From Eledone cirrhosa (taxonomy: Eukaryota), in assembly GCA_964016885.1 (NCBI GenBank), contig OZ024750.1, positions 47,802,001 through 47,866,000 on the forward strand: 64,000 nt of DNA. The letters are read 5' to 3'. The notes beneath the pieces are model-generated. The model had not been told where the DNA came from and searched no databases. It saw nothing but the letters and a program-made list of their open reading frames with translations. Numbering within the stretch: the stretch's first letter is position 1; every line of letters starts with the position of its first letter. The position numbers and the translations under genes were made by a program. Below, piece after piece: positions 16,245-29,535 of this stretch.

Positions 16245-16444
16245 NNNNNNNNNNNNNNNNNNNNNNNNNNNNNNNNNNNNNNNNNNNNNNNNNNNNNNNN
16301 NNNNNNNNNNNNNNNNNNNNNNNNNNNNNNNNNNNNNNNNNNNNNNNNNNNNNNNNNNNNNNNNNNNNNNNNNNNNNNNNNNNNNNNNNNNNNNNNNNNN
16401 NNNNNNNNNNNNNNNNNNNNNNNNNNNNNNNNNNNNNNNNNNNN
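16245..16444. other. Assembly gap (200 N)
   Basis: Run of n. Confidence 1.
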
Positions 16445-16590
16445 TATCATTTTAGGTGAGTATGTGCAAATGAGATTCTGAGACTTTCTCTGTCTCTCTA
16501 AAGATATGTATATAAACACACACGCATGCATACATACCCACACACACACACATACACACATATATATATATATACATATATATATCGTTA

Positions 16591-17586
16591 TCTATAAAAG
16601 GGAGATTGTTGTTGTCGGTGTGCATGTTCCATGTTTATACATTTGCACAACTTGAAACCGATTCGACTCAATGTCTGTAAGAATGTTGTAAGTGGTATAA
16701 CTTACCTCAACGACTATTTATTTCATTCACACTCACCTACAATTACGGAAATAATCGATAAAACAAAATACATGACGCTTTTCCCCTCTAATACAATCAG
16801 AAATTCCTTTTTCTACTCCCCTTAAACTTTAAGAGAGAGAGAGAGAGAGAGAGATAGAGAGAGGGAGAGTGAGAGATGGAGAGAGATAGAGAGAGGAACG
16901 TTTGTTTTTGAGTGTGGAACTGTCAAACATTTATTTACTTCAATGACAAAGAGAACTTATTACATTTCATACGAAACGACAGATAACTTTCATTCAAAAG
17001 CAACAGATAAATTTATTCAACAACAAAAAAATAGCGATAAATCTTTTTTAAAACATCTATCAACGAACGTGGAAGAAAGAAGTGTCAGTTCAATTACTAT
17101 ACACAATAATATCCTCTATGAGGTCACTAAACATGCTAGAAACAGCAGCTAACTCTCCCCCATATCACACCACTCCCTACTGTTTTAAATTTAGAAAACA
17201 TATCCGCTATGAGGTCACTAAACCTGCTAGAAACAGCAGCTATCTCTCCCCCATATCACACCCATCCCTACTGACTTACATTTAGAAAACACACATTAGA
17301 CAACCATGCAGAACAACTCCATCGCAGCTCTGTTGTTCGGCTGGCATCGTCAACACGCGTGTTGCGCAAGTACTGTGAAACAATAAATGTCAACAGTTCT
17401 TTGCACGGGAGATAATATCCATAGGTGAAACTACAATTGTCTCTGCTGGCGCAGCTCCTGCTTCGGCAGTCCAGGTATGCAATTCATTCACCCAGTGCCT
17501 GGCAGACAAAAAAATGGTGCCATAATATGGGTGGCGCACCCTAACTTTGGTAACTTACTGACCCCGAGCAACGTCGGGCTTTAATG

Positions 17587-17590
<4 letters not shown>
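16591..17590 (+). mobile_element. Non-autonomous Helitron (~1 kb)
   Basis: 5' a|TCTATAAAAG; 3' hairpin cccga gcaacg tcggg followed by ctttaatg-CTAA|t (CTRR); A|T target, no TSD; internal 91-bp tandem duplication 17109-17291. Confidence 0.75.
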
Positions 17591-17676
<86 letters not shown>

Positions 17677-18229
17677 GAGATATGGAGACACAAAGAGACA
17701 AGAGACAAGAGGGAAAGATAGAGAGATGTATGACCATGTGTGTACGTGTGAGTATATGTAAAAGCAACACAGCTTTTCACATTGCACCATCAGAGAGTAA
17801 GCATTATGGAGCAAACGAGAGTAACAAGAAAGCAAATATGATATTAACATTAAAATAAGAAACAACATTACGGAAAATAAGAAACAAATCAAGAGAGACA
17901 CAAATACAAGTTACAATTAATATATTTGTAAATGAAGGCTAGCATGAACGGCGTTTGTAATTTAGAGCAAACTCTAAAGTAGGGTGAATATATAGAAGAA
18001 TACAAACAGAATTGATACATCGCAGTTATAAAGATTGAAAGGATAAGAGAACAGAAAAATGAGATTATATGCAATTTCTCGGTAATGAAGAAAGTAGGGT
18101 AGTGTAGACGGAACTAGATGATGAGGTATATAGAAGGAGAAAGACAGAGTGAATGTTAGTTAATGAGTAGCGTATTAGAGTCAGATCAATTTCCTCCTTT
18201 CTTTATATTACATGCCTAATATACACATA

Positions 18230-18382
<153 letters not shown>

Positions 18383-18483
18383 CTGTGTATTTTTGTGCGT
18401 GTACAGATATATACATATATATATATATGTGTGTGTATATTTATATATATGTATATATACACAAATACACATACACATAAACA

Positions 18484-18543
<60 letters not shown>

Positions 18544-19057
18544 GTTATTAGTATTGAGGCGAGTGTGTGTACATGTACTTGTCTGTATACGTATGTATGA
18601 ATGAATGATTATATGTATTACTGCGTGTGACAACTCATAGGATCATGTTGGTGTTTTTTTGTGTGTGTGTGTGATATATAATATAGAAAGAAATCTTATT
18701 TAATAAAAAAGGCGTGTGTAGCAATGAATGAAATCATCCAGAAAATGAAATGAAAGATAAAAAATTATATATTCCAGCAATTCTTAACAGAAAACATGGA
18801 AAAGACAACGAGGAGAGAACAAAGAAATAGATAAACATCATACAAATTCTAGAAAAGTAAAGATATAAATCATGAAATAATGTGGAAAGTAGACCAAATG
18901 AAAGAATGGGAAAAGAATAATCTGAACAATACTTTTTACATTATGCAAACATATATATATACTGTTCATGCCACCAGCATACACACACACACGCACATAC
19001 ATACACACATACACATACATACACACATACCCACATACACACATATACCCCCCCCAC

Positions 19058-19128
<71 letters not shown>

Positions 19129-19130
19129 TA

Positions 19131-19270
19131 TATTATTTCTGAAGACAGCATATATATGTGTGGGTATGTATATTCCCTCTGATAGTTTGTATAAATATTG
19201 TACATAGATCTATAGAATATGCATACCAATTCTAACACATATATATCCTAGAAACGATCGTAAAATGATG
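19131..19270 (+). ncRNA. Type I hammerhead with ~105-nt extended stem II
   Basis: tattattt-CTGAAGA-[atatatatgtgt..ggtatgtatattc..gaatatgcatacc..acacatatatat]-GAAA-cgatcg-TA-aaatgatg; 8-bp stem I, palindromic ACGATCGT stem III. Confidence 0.78.
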
Positions 19271-19330
19271 ATTTTTTTTAATATAAGGAACTGTTTCTTT
19301 GTTCATTCATTATTTTATTAATTTATATAC

Positions 19331-19385
<55 letters not shown>

Positions 19386-19620
19386 CATATATATATATAC
19401 ACATATATATATACATATGCACGTACATATTATAAGTATCCGAACTTCGTGAGCTCATGTGTGTATTTGGATCTGTGAACAGTTCTCCGCGTATAAATCC
19501 GTGAATGGACTTTTCTGAGTGATATTAAAAAAATAGTACCCACATATACAAACGCACACGCAAATAAACACACACAGGTATTATATAGTCTCTCTCTCCC
19601 CATCTCTCTCTCTCTCTCGC

Positions 19621-19715
<95 letters not shown>

Positions 19716-19832
19716 GATATTAAATAAATGGAAACTATTATCGTAAATATACTCCAAATACTTGTTGAGTGCTTTTATATCAGTTATAAATATTTACTCA
19801 TTGTAACCCAACAATTTAAATAAAACTTTGCA
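19716..19832 (+). mobile_element. Minimal remnant (short inverted arm + tail) of the 49666/60244 pLTR family
   Basis: cgatattaaataaatggaaa (inverted arm) joined to tatcgtaaatatactccaaatacttgttgagtgc.. (tail, as at 62144-62237). Confidence 0.8.
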
Positions 19833-19862
19833 TATATATATATATGTATTTAGTATATATGC

Positions 19863-19893
<31 letters not shown>

Positions 19894-20170
19894 AGCTCTG
19901 TTTCTCGACCGTTATATCGCGTGACTATCTCCCCCTCCGCCTTTTGGGATTCTTTCTCACGTCGTGTAAACGCGTTCTTGAGGCTAGTAAAATGAGGTAT
20001 CCTCTTGATAAGTCGACAGACCTCGCAACAACTCAATATCTTTATGATGTATTGTTTTTGTTTATGCCACGAAACTACGTAGTCGAGGAATCTAGGAACA
20101 GTTTAGGTATGATACATTTTATTACTAATTATATCTAAATGTTTCTTCTCTCTTCATAATGTATATATAA

Positions 20171-20246
<76 letters not shown>

Positions 20247-20319
20247 GTGTAAGTGTGTGTGTATATATATAAATATATATATTTATATATATATATATAT
20301 ATGTGTGTATGTGTGTGTG

Positions 20320-20416
<97 letters not shown>

Positions 20417-21663
20417 TGAAAGAAAAGTTAAATAACTAAAATAAAAAGGAACGATAATGATAGCAGCCAAAAGAATTGAGTGATAATATATTAGAAACGT
20501 TTGGTTAAAAAGAAAACAAATGATATATATTAAAAAATAAGGTATAAACGGGGATGAAAAATGAAGCAATCAAAGAATAGATGAAAATAAAAAGATTTAC
20601 GCATCATCTCGAGAATATAATCCGCCTTTTGTTTGAGGATTATAGAGGATTTTTTTGTGTTTATTATTGGTTTTGTATATCCGTACATACATAGATCTAA
20701 CAGACTCATAGGGATGGGGAAAACTTTGTTTGAATCTATAGCACTTAGTTTGCTAGGATTTATAAACGCCAGAAGAATATAAAGCGGCCAAAATTGTATC
20801 CAATTATATGGGAATCTATAACTAAAGACTGAAAATAGTAAAAAAATATTTCATCATCTCCAACAACTACGCCATTACGTATTTGTATAATCGGGAGTCT
20901 ATTATGATTTGGAAGTATAATTGATAGTCAAAAGAACAAAGATGTGTATTATGAGGTTTACCATTCCAATTTGTAGGCTACCGTCTTTATACTTTGTATT
21001 GTATTAATGCAGAGTTGCAGAGAGTTATTTTTTTATCAAAATTGTAGAATGAATGGAGGGATGGGTATTATTTGATCTAAGAACCAAGGGATATATAATT
21101 AACCATTGCTGGTCAACTAGGACAGTGCAACATAAATTCTAGAGAATCTGCCCTGTAATAAAGTAAATATGTTTTCTCCTATTTGGCTAAATATAATGGG
21201 CTAGATATCTATAGGTATGTATTGAATAACTTGTGAGGCTTGCGAAACAATCGATAGCGTAAGATGCAGGCTTAGCGTGTGTTTGTGAGTGTGTGCATGT
21301 ATGTAGTGAAACTGAAAGGAAATGCGATATTCTAAGTCGCATATAATGGTCCCATATCTTCCGGGAATTTGCTTTCAAAATAAAATCGAATTATTTAAGT
21401 GCAATGAAGTTACGAAAATATTACCAGATCACTGCACTAAAAAGAAACGAGGAAATGGCTCCTTCAGTTTATTCTCTCGATAAAGGTTATTACAATTACT
21501 AAGACAGTTTTTACTTTACGAACAGGTTCTGGGAGTTAATGGCCCTTCTAATTAGTATTACATTCATGAATTATGCGGTAATACCTTAAAAAAAGAAAAG
21601 GCATAGGACATTATATAATGTATTATCTTCTTCAACGCATCTGCTTTAATGATGCTCACAGAT

Positions 21664-21709
<46 letters not shown>

Positions 21710-23223
21710 CGTGTGTGTGTCTTGAATTGCTGGTTGCGCATGCAATCTCACATAGAAATGATACTAACATGTATACTCACAAAGGCTAAATAAAGAAAAA
21801 TGTACAGTAAAGAATATCTTTTGTAATGGATTAAAAACAGATTGGTACATAAGTCAACTGAACAATTTATCAGGAATTATTATGAAATAGGTCAAAGACA
21901 GGGTGGCTCATTTATTTACCCTAAACAATATTTGAATAAGGCTAATTGTCAGACTGATGGAGCATGTGGAAAAACAGTTCGTAGCATTTGCTCCAGTTCA
22001 ATCTGATCTTGGTTCAAAGCCGCTGTGGTCAACTTTGCAATTAATAGTTTCGAATTCGATAAATTAGGCATCATTTCGGTACTGGTGTCATTATCCCTTT
22101 ATCTCTTCACGTGATTCGCTTCTTATCTCTCTTTCCGGAAGAAAGTAGGTGTGGTCAATTTTAAAAGTAGATGTAACCCTGCAGGTTTTAATACCTAACA
22201 CATGCCGTGAATCAAGACTACGCTAGGAGTTAAAAATCTACGATTGTTTTATAGAATCTATTTTATGTGTTCTTTAGAAATAAACGTGTAGACATTTTGA
22301 ATTATACTTTGATCGTTATAATATGGCGATGAAGATTATTGGTTTCCTTGAGCTTTACACGAGTATTTCGCTATCAGACCCATTAAATATAAATGTATGT
22401 TCCGTTAGAACCTCACTGTATTTACACTCCTATCAGAGTTACACACAATTTGAAACATATTTCTATTTACAGCTAGAGTTATTGACATTGAACATTTATT
22501 CACAAGGAAGTCTATTTCCAGCTAAAATTGAGGTATCCCCTTCGGTTGTGATAATAAACGAAACGTTGTGATTTCGACATGAACATATATACGATATCTA
22601 TGCAATCATTTTGCTCTATATCGTCGGTCACACTCCGGGAAGCCTCTTCTGAAAGTTAACCAAACCATGACTATCGATTCTTATTTCGAATAGTCGTGTA
22701 CTCTAGATTACAAACATAATCCAATACCTCCTATTTCAAGGATTATAGGGGGTGGTTAGAAGTGAAGCCTCCGTACAATTTCTTACATAAATTATAATCC
22801 AAGATATAGGCATTTTCGGTCGAATAACACAAATATACATAGCAAAACAACAACTTTGTTTGGCAAATATGGTATGTTTATAAAACATTAAATTAGAATA
22901 TGGCCCTTGCAGACTGTTAGTAATCAATATATTTAATTAAATTTTATTATATATATATATATATATTGTCATTGTGATAAACACAAATATAGTAACTGAT
23001 CTTAATCATCGGAGCGGAGCCATCTTGAATTATTATTGCCGAATATTGTGTAGGATTTATTCCTCGTAGGATACATATGTGAGGACATTAAAATGTATAC
23101 CAAATACGATAAATAAATTGGCCAATTGTTGTGATGAAGGGTGAGTTGGCGACATCGGTGACTGTATTAATGTTGGTGCTCTTGTATGTGTTTCTTGCAT
23201 TAATGTCGTTGGTAGGGATGTCG

Positions 23224-26200
23224 GAGGTGGTGGTGGTGGTGGTGGTGATATGGTTAATGGTAGAGCGTTCGTTGCTGTCGGTGATGGTGGTAATGGTAGT
23301 GCGTTCATTGGTGGTGGTGGTGGTGGTGGTGGTAATGGTAGTGCGTTCGTTGCTGTCGGTGGTGGTGGTGGTGGTGGTGGTGGTGGTGGTGGTGGTGGTG
23401 GTGGTGATATTGGTAATGGTAGTGCGTTCATTGCTGGTGGTGGTGGTGGTGGTGGTGGTGATATGGTTAATGGTAGTGCGTTCATTGCTGTCGGTGGTGG
23501 TGGTAATGGTAGTGCGTTCATTGGTGGTGGTGGTGGTGGTAATGGCAGTGCGTTCATTGCTGGTGGTGGTGGTGGTGGTGGTGGTGGTGGTGGTGGTAAT
23601 GGTAGTGGTAGTGCGTTCATTGCTGGTGGTGGTGGTGGTGGTGGTGGTGGTGGTGGTGGTGGTGGTGGTGATATTGGTAATGGTAGTGCGTTCATTGCTG
23701 TTGGTGGTGGTGGTGGTGGTGGTGGTGGTGGTGGTGATATTGGTAATGGTAGTGCGTTCATTGCTGTTGGTGGTGGTGGTGGTGGTGGTGGTGGTGGTGG
23801 TGATATTGGTAATGGTAGTGCGTTCATTGCTGTTGGTGGTGGTGGTGGTGGTGGTGGTGGTGGTGGTAATGGTAGTGCGTTCATTGCTGTTGGTGGTGGT
23901 GGTGGTGGTAATGGTAGTGCGTTCATTGCTGGTGGTGGTGGTGGTGGTAATGGTAGTGCGTTTATTGGTACTGGGGGTGGTGGTGGTGGTGGTGCTATTG
24001 GTAATGGTAGTGCGTTCATTGCTGTTGGTGGTAGTGGTGGTGGTGGTGGTGGTGGTGGTAATGGTAGTGCGTTCATTGCTGGTGGTGGTGGTGGTGGTGG
24101 TAATGGTAGTGCGTTCATTGCTGGTGGTGGTGGTGGTGGTGGTGGTAGTGGTGGTGGTAATGGTAGTGCGTTCATTGTTGTTGTTGGTGGTGGTGGTGGT
24201 GGTGGTGGTGGTGGTGGTGGTAGTGGTGACATTGGTAATGGTAGTGCGTTCATTACTGTTGGGGGTGGTGGTGGTGGTGGTGGTGGTGGTGGTAATGGTA
24301 GTGCGTTCATTGCTGGTGGTGGTGGTGGTGGTGGTGGTGGTAATGGTAGTGCGTTCATTGCTGGTGGTGGTGGTGGTGGTGGTGGTGGTGGTGGTGGTGG
24401 TGGTAGTGGTGACATTGGTAATGGTAGTGCGTTCATTACTGTTGAGGGGGTGGTGGTGGTGGTGGTGGTGGTGGTGGTAATGGTAGTGCGTTCATTGCTG
24501 GTGGTGGTGGTGGTGGTGGTAATGGTAGTGCGTTCATTGCTGGTGGTGGTGGTGGTGGTGGTGGTGGTGATGGTGGTAGTGGTAGTGCGTTCATTGCTGG
24601 TGGTGGTGGTGGTGGTGGTGGTGGTGGTGGTGGTGGTGGTGGTGGTGGTAGTGGTGACATTGGTAATGGTAGTGCGTTCATTACTGTTGAGGGGGTGGTG
24701 GTGGTGGTGGTGGTGGTGGTGGTGGTAATGGTAGTGCGTTCATTGCTGGTGGTGGTGGTGGTGGTGGTAATGGTAGTGCGTTCATTGCTGGTGGTGGTGG
24801 TGGTGGTGGTGGTAGTGGTGGTGGTAATGGTAGTGCGTTCATTGTTGTTGTTGGTGGTGGTGGTGGTGGTGGTGGTGGTGGTGGTGGTAGTGGTGACATT
24901 GGTAATGGTAGTGCGTTCATTACTGTTGAGGGGGTGGTGGTGGTGGTGGTGGTGGTGGTGGTAATGGTAGTGCGTTCATTGCTGGTGGTGGTGGTGGTGG
25001 TGGTAATGGTAGTGCGTTCATTGCTGGTGGTGGTGGTGGTGGTGGTGGTGGTGATGGTGGTAGTGGTAGTGCGTTCATTGCTGGTGGTGGTGGTGGTGGT
25101 GGTGGTGGTGGTGGTGGTGGTGGTGGTGGTAGTGGTGACATTGGTAATGGTAGTGCGTTCATTACTGTTGAGGGGGTGGTGGTGGTGGTGGTGGTGGTGG
25201 TGGTGGTAATGGTAGTGCGTTCATTGCTGGTGGTGGTGGTGGTGGTGGTAATGGTAGTGCGTTCATTGCTGGTGGTGGTGGTGGTGGTGGTGGTAGTGGT
25301 GGTGGTAATGGTAGTGCGTTCATTGTTGTTGTTGGTGGTGGTGGTGGTGGTGGTGGTGGTGGTGGTGGTAGTGGTGACATTGGTAATGGTAGTGCGTTCA
25401 TTACTGTTGAGGGGGTGGTGGTGGTGGTGGTGGTGGTGGTGGTAATGGTAGTGCGTTCATTGCTGGTGGTGGTGGTGGTGGTGGTAATGGTAGTGCGTTC
25501 ATTGCTGGTGGTGGTGGTGGTGGTGGTGGTGGTGATGGTGGTAGTGGTAGTGCGTTCATTGCTGGTGGTGGTGGTGGTGGTGGTGGTGGTGGTGGTGGTG
25601 GTAGTGGTGACATTGGTAATGGTAGTGCGTTCATTACTGTTGAGGGGGTGGTGGTGGTGGTGGTGGTGGTGGTGGTGGTAATGGTAGTGCGTTCATTGCT
25701 GGTGGTGGTGGTGGTGGTGGTAATGGTAGTGCGTTCATTGCTGGTGGTGGTGGTGGTGGTGGTGGTAGTGGTGGTGGTAATGGTAGTGCGTTCATTGTTG
25801 TTGTTGGTGGTGGTGGTGGTGGTGGTGGTGGTGGTGGTGGTAGTGGTGACATTGGTAATGGTAGTGCGTTCATTACTGTTGAGGGGGTGGTGGTGGTGGT
25901 GGTGGTGGTGGTGGTAATGGTAGTGCGTTCATTGCTGGTGGTGGTGGTGGTGGTGGTAATGGTAGTGCGTTCATTGCTGGTGGTGGTGGTGGTGGTGGTG
26001 GTGGTGATGGTGGTAGTGGTAGTGCGTTCATTGCTGGTGGTGGTGGTGGTGGTGGTGGTGGTGGTGGTGGTGGTGGTGGTGGTGGTAGTGGTGACATTGG
26101 TAATGGTAGTGCGTTCATTACTGTTGAGGGGGTGGTGGTGGTGGTGGTGGTGGTGGTGGTGGTAATGGTAGTGCGTTCATTGCTGGTGGTGGTGGTGGTG

Positions 26201-27630
26201 GTGGTAATGGTAGTGCGTTCATTGCTGGTGGTGGTGGTGGTGGTGGTGGTAGTGGTGGTGGTAATGGTAGTGCGTTCATTGTTGTTGTTGTTGGTGGTGG
26301 TGGTGGTGGTGGTGGTGGTGGTGGTAGTGGTGACATTGGTAATGGTAGTGCGTTCATTACTGTTGGGGGTGGTGGTGGTGGTGGTGGTGGTGGTGGTAAT
26401 GGTAGTGCGTTCATTGCTGGTGGTGGTGGTGGTGGTGGTGGTGGTAATGGTAGTGCGTTCATTGCTGGTGGTGGTGGTGGTGGTGGTGGTGGTGGTGGTG
26501 GTGGTGGTAGTGGTGACATTGGTAATGGTAGTGCGTTCATTACTGTTGAGGGGGTGGTGGTGGTGGTGGTGGTGGTGGTGGTAATGGTAGTGCGTTCATT
26601 GCTGGTGGTGGTGGTGGTGGTGGTAATGGTAGTGCGTTCATTGCTGGTGGTGGTGGTGGTGGTGGTGGTGGTGATGGTGGTAGTGGTAGTGCGTTCATTG
26701 CTGGTGGTGGTGGTGGTGGTGGTGGTGGTGGTGGTGGTGGTGGTGGTGGTAGTGGTGACATTGGTAATGGTAGTGCGTTCATTACTGTTGAGGGGGTGGT
26801 GGTGGTGGTGGTGGTGGTGGTGGTGGTGGTAATGGTAGTGCGTTCATTGCTGGTGGTGGTGGTGGTGGTGGTAATGGTAGTGCGTTCATTGCTGGTGGTG
26901 GTGGTGGTGGTGGTAATGGTAGTGCGTTCATTACTGTTGGGGGTGGTGGTGGTGGTGGTGGTGATGGTGGTAGTGGTAGTGCGTTCATTGCTGGTGGTGG
27001 TGGTGGTGGTGGTGGTGGTGGTGGTGGTGGTGGTGGTGGTGGTGGTGGTGGTGTTGGTAGTAGTGGTGACATTGGTAATGGTAGTGCGTTCATTACTGTT
27101 GGGGGTGGTGGTGGTGGTGGTGGTGATGGTGGTAGTGGTAGTGCGTTCATTGCTGGTGGTGGTGGTGGTGGTGGTGGTGGTGGTGGTGGTGGTGGTGGTG
27201 GCGGTGGTGGTGGTGGTAGTGGTGACATTGGTAATGGTAGTGCGTTCATTACTGTTGGGGGGGTGGTGGTGGTGGTGGTGGTGGTGGTGGTAATGGTAGT
27301 GCGTTCATTGCTGGTGGTGGTGGTGGTGGTGGTGGTGGTGGTGGTGGTGGTGGTGGTGGTGGTGGTAATGGTAGTGCGTTCATTGTTGTTGTTGGTGGTG
27401 GTGGTGGTGGTGGTGGTGGTGGTGGTGGTAGTGGTAGTGCGTTCATTGCTGGTGGTGGTGGTGGTGGTGGTGGTGGTGGTGGTGGTGGTGGTGGTGGTGG
27501 TAATGGTAGCGCGTTCATTGTTGTTGTTGGTGGTGGTGGTGGTGGTGGTGGTGGTGGTGGTGGTGGTGGTGGTGTTGGTGGTAGTGGTGACATTGGTAAT
27601 GGTAGTGCGTTCATTACTGTTGGTGGTGGT
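23224..27630. repeat. (GGT)n-based minisatellite, unit (ggt)n-aatggtagtgcgttcattgct, with ~480-bp higher-order repeats
   Basis: Direct reading; reads as poly-Gly GNGSAFIA (+) or poly-Pro MNALPL (-); recurrent +2 frameshifting variant gttgagggggt; degenerate GGT/GCT/GTT continuation to ~28170. Confidence 0.95.
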
Positions 27631-29260
27631 TCCATGTTCATAGCGTATTGTTGTCGTTGTTATTGGTGGCGGTGGTGGTGTTTCAAGTAGTAGAGTTCTT
27701 GTTGTTATTGATAATGACGTTGCTGTTGTTGGTGGTGATTTGTTGTCTTGGTGGTGGTGTTTCTAGCAGCAGAGTTGGCTGTTGTTACTGATCATAACGT
27801 TGTTGTCGTTGTTGTTGGTGGTGGTGTTGGTGTTGCTGCTGCTGGTGGTGTTGGTGTTGCTGATGCTGGTAAATGTCCTGCTCGTTGTCATGGTATTTCT
27901 AGTAATAAGGTTGGTTGCTGTTACTAATCATGATATTTTTGTTGTTGGTGGTGATGGGGCTGGTGGTGATAGTGGTACTGGTGGTGTTGCTGGTGCTGGT
28001 GGTACTGATGGTGCTGGTGGTGTTGGTGGGGCTGCTGGTGCTGGTGGTATTGATGGTGCTGGTGGTGCTGGTGCTGGTGGTATTGATGGTGCTGGTGGTA
28101 CTGGTGAATTTCTTTCTCTTTGTCATGGTATTTCTAGTAATAAGAGTTGTTGTCGTTACTGATGATGGCGTTGATGTTGGTGGTTGTAGTGGCATCAGAG
28201 AATTAGAAATACCAAATATATTCTGTGTTTCATGGTCTGAATATTTTAATTTGTTTCTTAAAGATAGTGTGCATAAGATCAAACAAATAATGCCTAATTA
28301 TATTGGCAATTCAAAATTGGATTAATTATTTCATAATTTATAAATTAAAGACGCCAGACGTTGCTAATCTAATTGGTGGAATTATGCTGTTTTGTTTATT
28401 TCATTGTCTTGCAAATGAGTTTATAAGAACAAAGCAACGATTTTATAGTAAATAATATTCTGATATACTATCAGAAATTAAATGGTATTCGATTGATTTT
28501 TTATCCATAAGGAACAAAAAAAAAATCGATAATTGAAAGAATCTGTGGAATCGAATTGCTTAAGAATATCGATCAATGAATCGAATTTCAAACAAAACTT
28601 AAAAGGCAAATTTATTGGTATCAATTCATGAGGTCACTTAATTGCTACAGTGGGGAACTAATTATATTTGTAGAAAGAAATGGGGGCACAGGATGAGAGA
28701 AAACGAAACGAGTGCGTGACAGATATATAGAGAGAGAAAGAAAGACGAAGATATAGAGGAAGAGAGAAATTAGGTGGATGAAGAGGTAGATAAAGAGATG
28801 CTAGATATACAGTAGCGAAAGGATGAAAAATCTGACATCAACACTTGTGAATGACTATCATCCTCTCCACTTGATAACTGTAATCCCATTCGTTTAACGC
28901 CACGTTTCCTATAAAAGGTTCTCTACGGAGTTTGAAGAGATTTAGTAATAGATGTATATCAATATTAAGCTGTTTGGAATAAAACTTAATATGGTTGATT
29001 TGTTTTTGTTGATAAATATAAACACCTCAAAAAAGAAACAATTTGGTATCATAAAACCCATCGGCATGTCAAGTCAATTGGTATGAAAAGTAGTAATATA
29101 ACTGAAGCACGGTCAAATGTATGCGACGAGTGATAATGGAATAGTTCCTTTAAAAAATTACCTCTAAGTTATCTTTTATACGTCCGATGTGTCTGCTTCA
29201 TTCATGAAAGAAAGATGTCGGTTATTTCATTATTTCATAATTTATATATATATATATATA

Positions 29261-29451
29261 TAGGAACTAGTAAGACCCCGACGGCTGAGCTCAAGCCGTC
29301 TCGACGGCTAATTCAGTCCAGAATTAGCCGTCGAGACGGCTTGAGCTCAGTCGTCGGGGTCTTACTTGTTCCTATTACCCACTCTACTACCCTAAGTATT
29401 GAGTACTTTGGTGCGTTATGGTCCACCTGGTTCCTTACCACATTTACTTCG

Positions 29452-29453
<2 letters not shown>
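29261..29453 (+). mobile_element. Fold-back pLTR remnant (54-bp arms + tail) containing the 3' half of a hammerhead
   Basis: Arms 29261-29314 / 29321-29374, loop agtcca; tail ttacccactctactaccctaagtattgag..; TA on both sides. Confidence 0.88.
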
Positions 29454-29490
<37 letters not shown>

Positions 29491-29494
29491 TACG

Positions 29495-29535
<41 letters not shown>

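Noticed and set aside
23131-24728. Poly-Val and poly-Gly ORFs as confident CDS
   Set aside because: Alternative frames of the GGT array; single-codon usage, recurrent frameshifts, no signal peptide or supported exon structure
23224-27630. CRISPR-like array (constant motif with variable spacers)
   Set aside because: Spacers are only (GGT)n length variants; eukaryotic context; no cas genes
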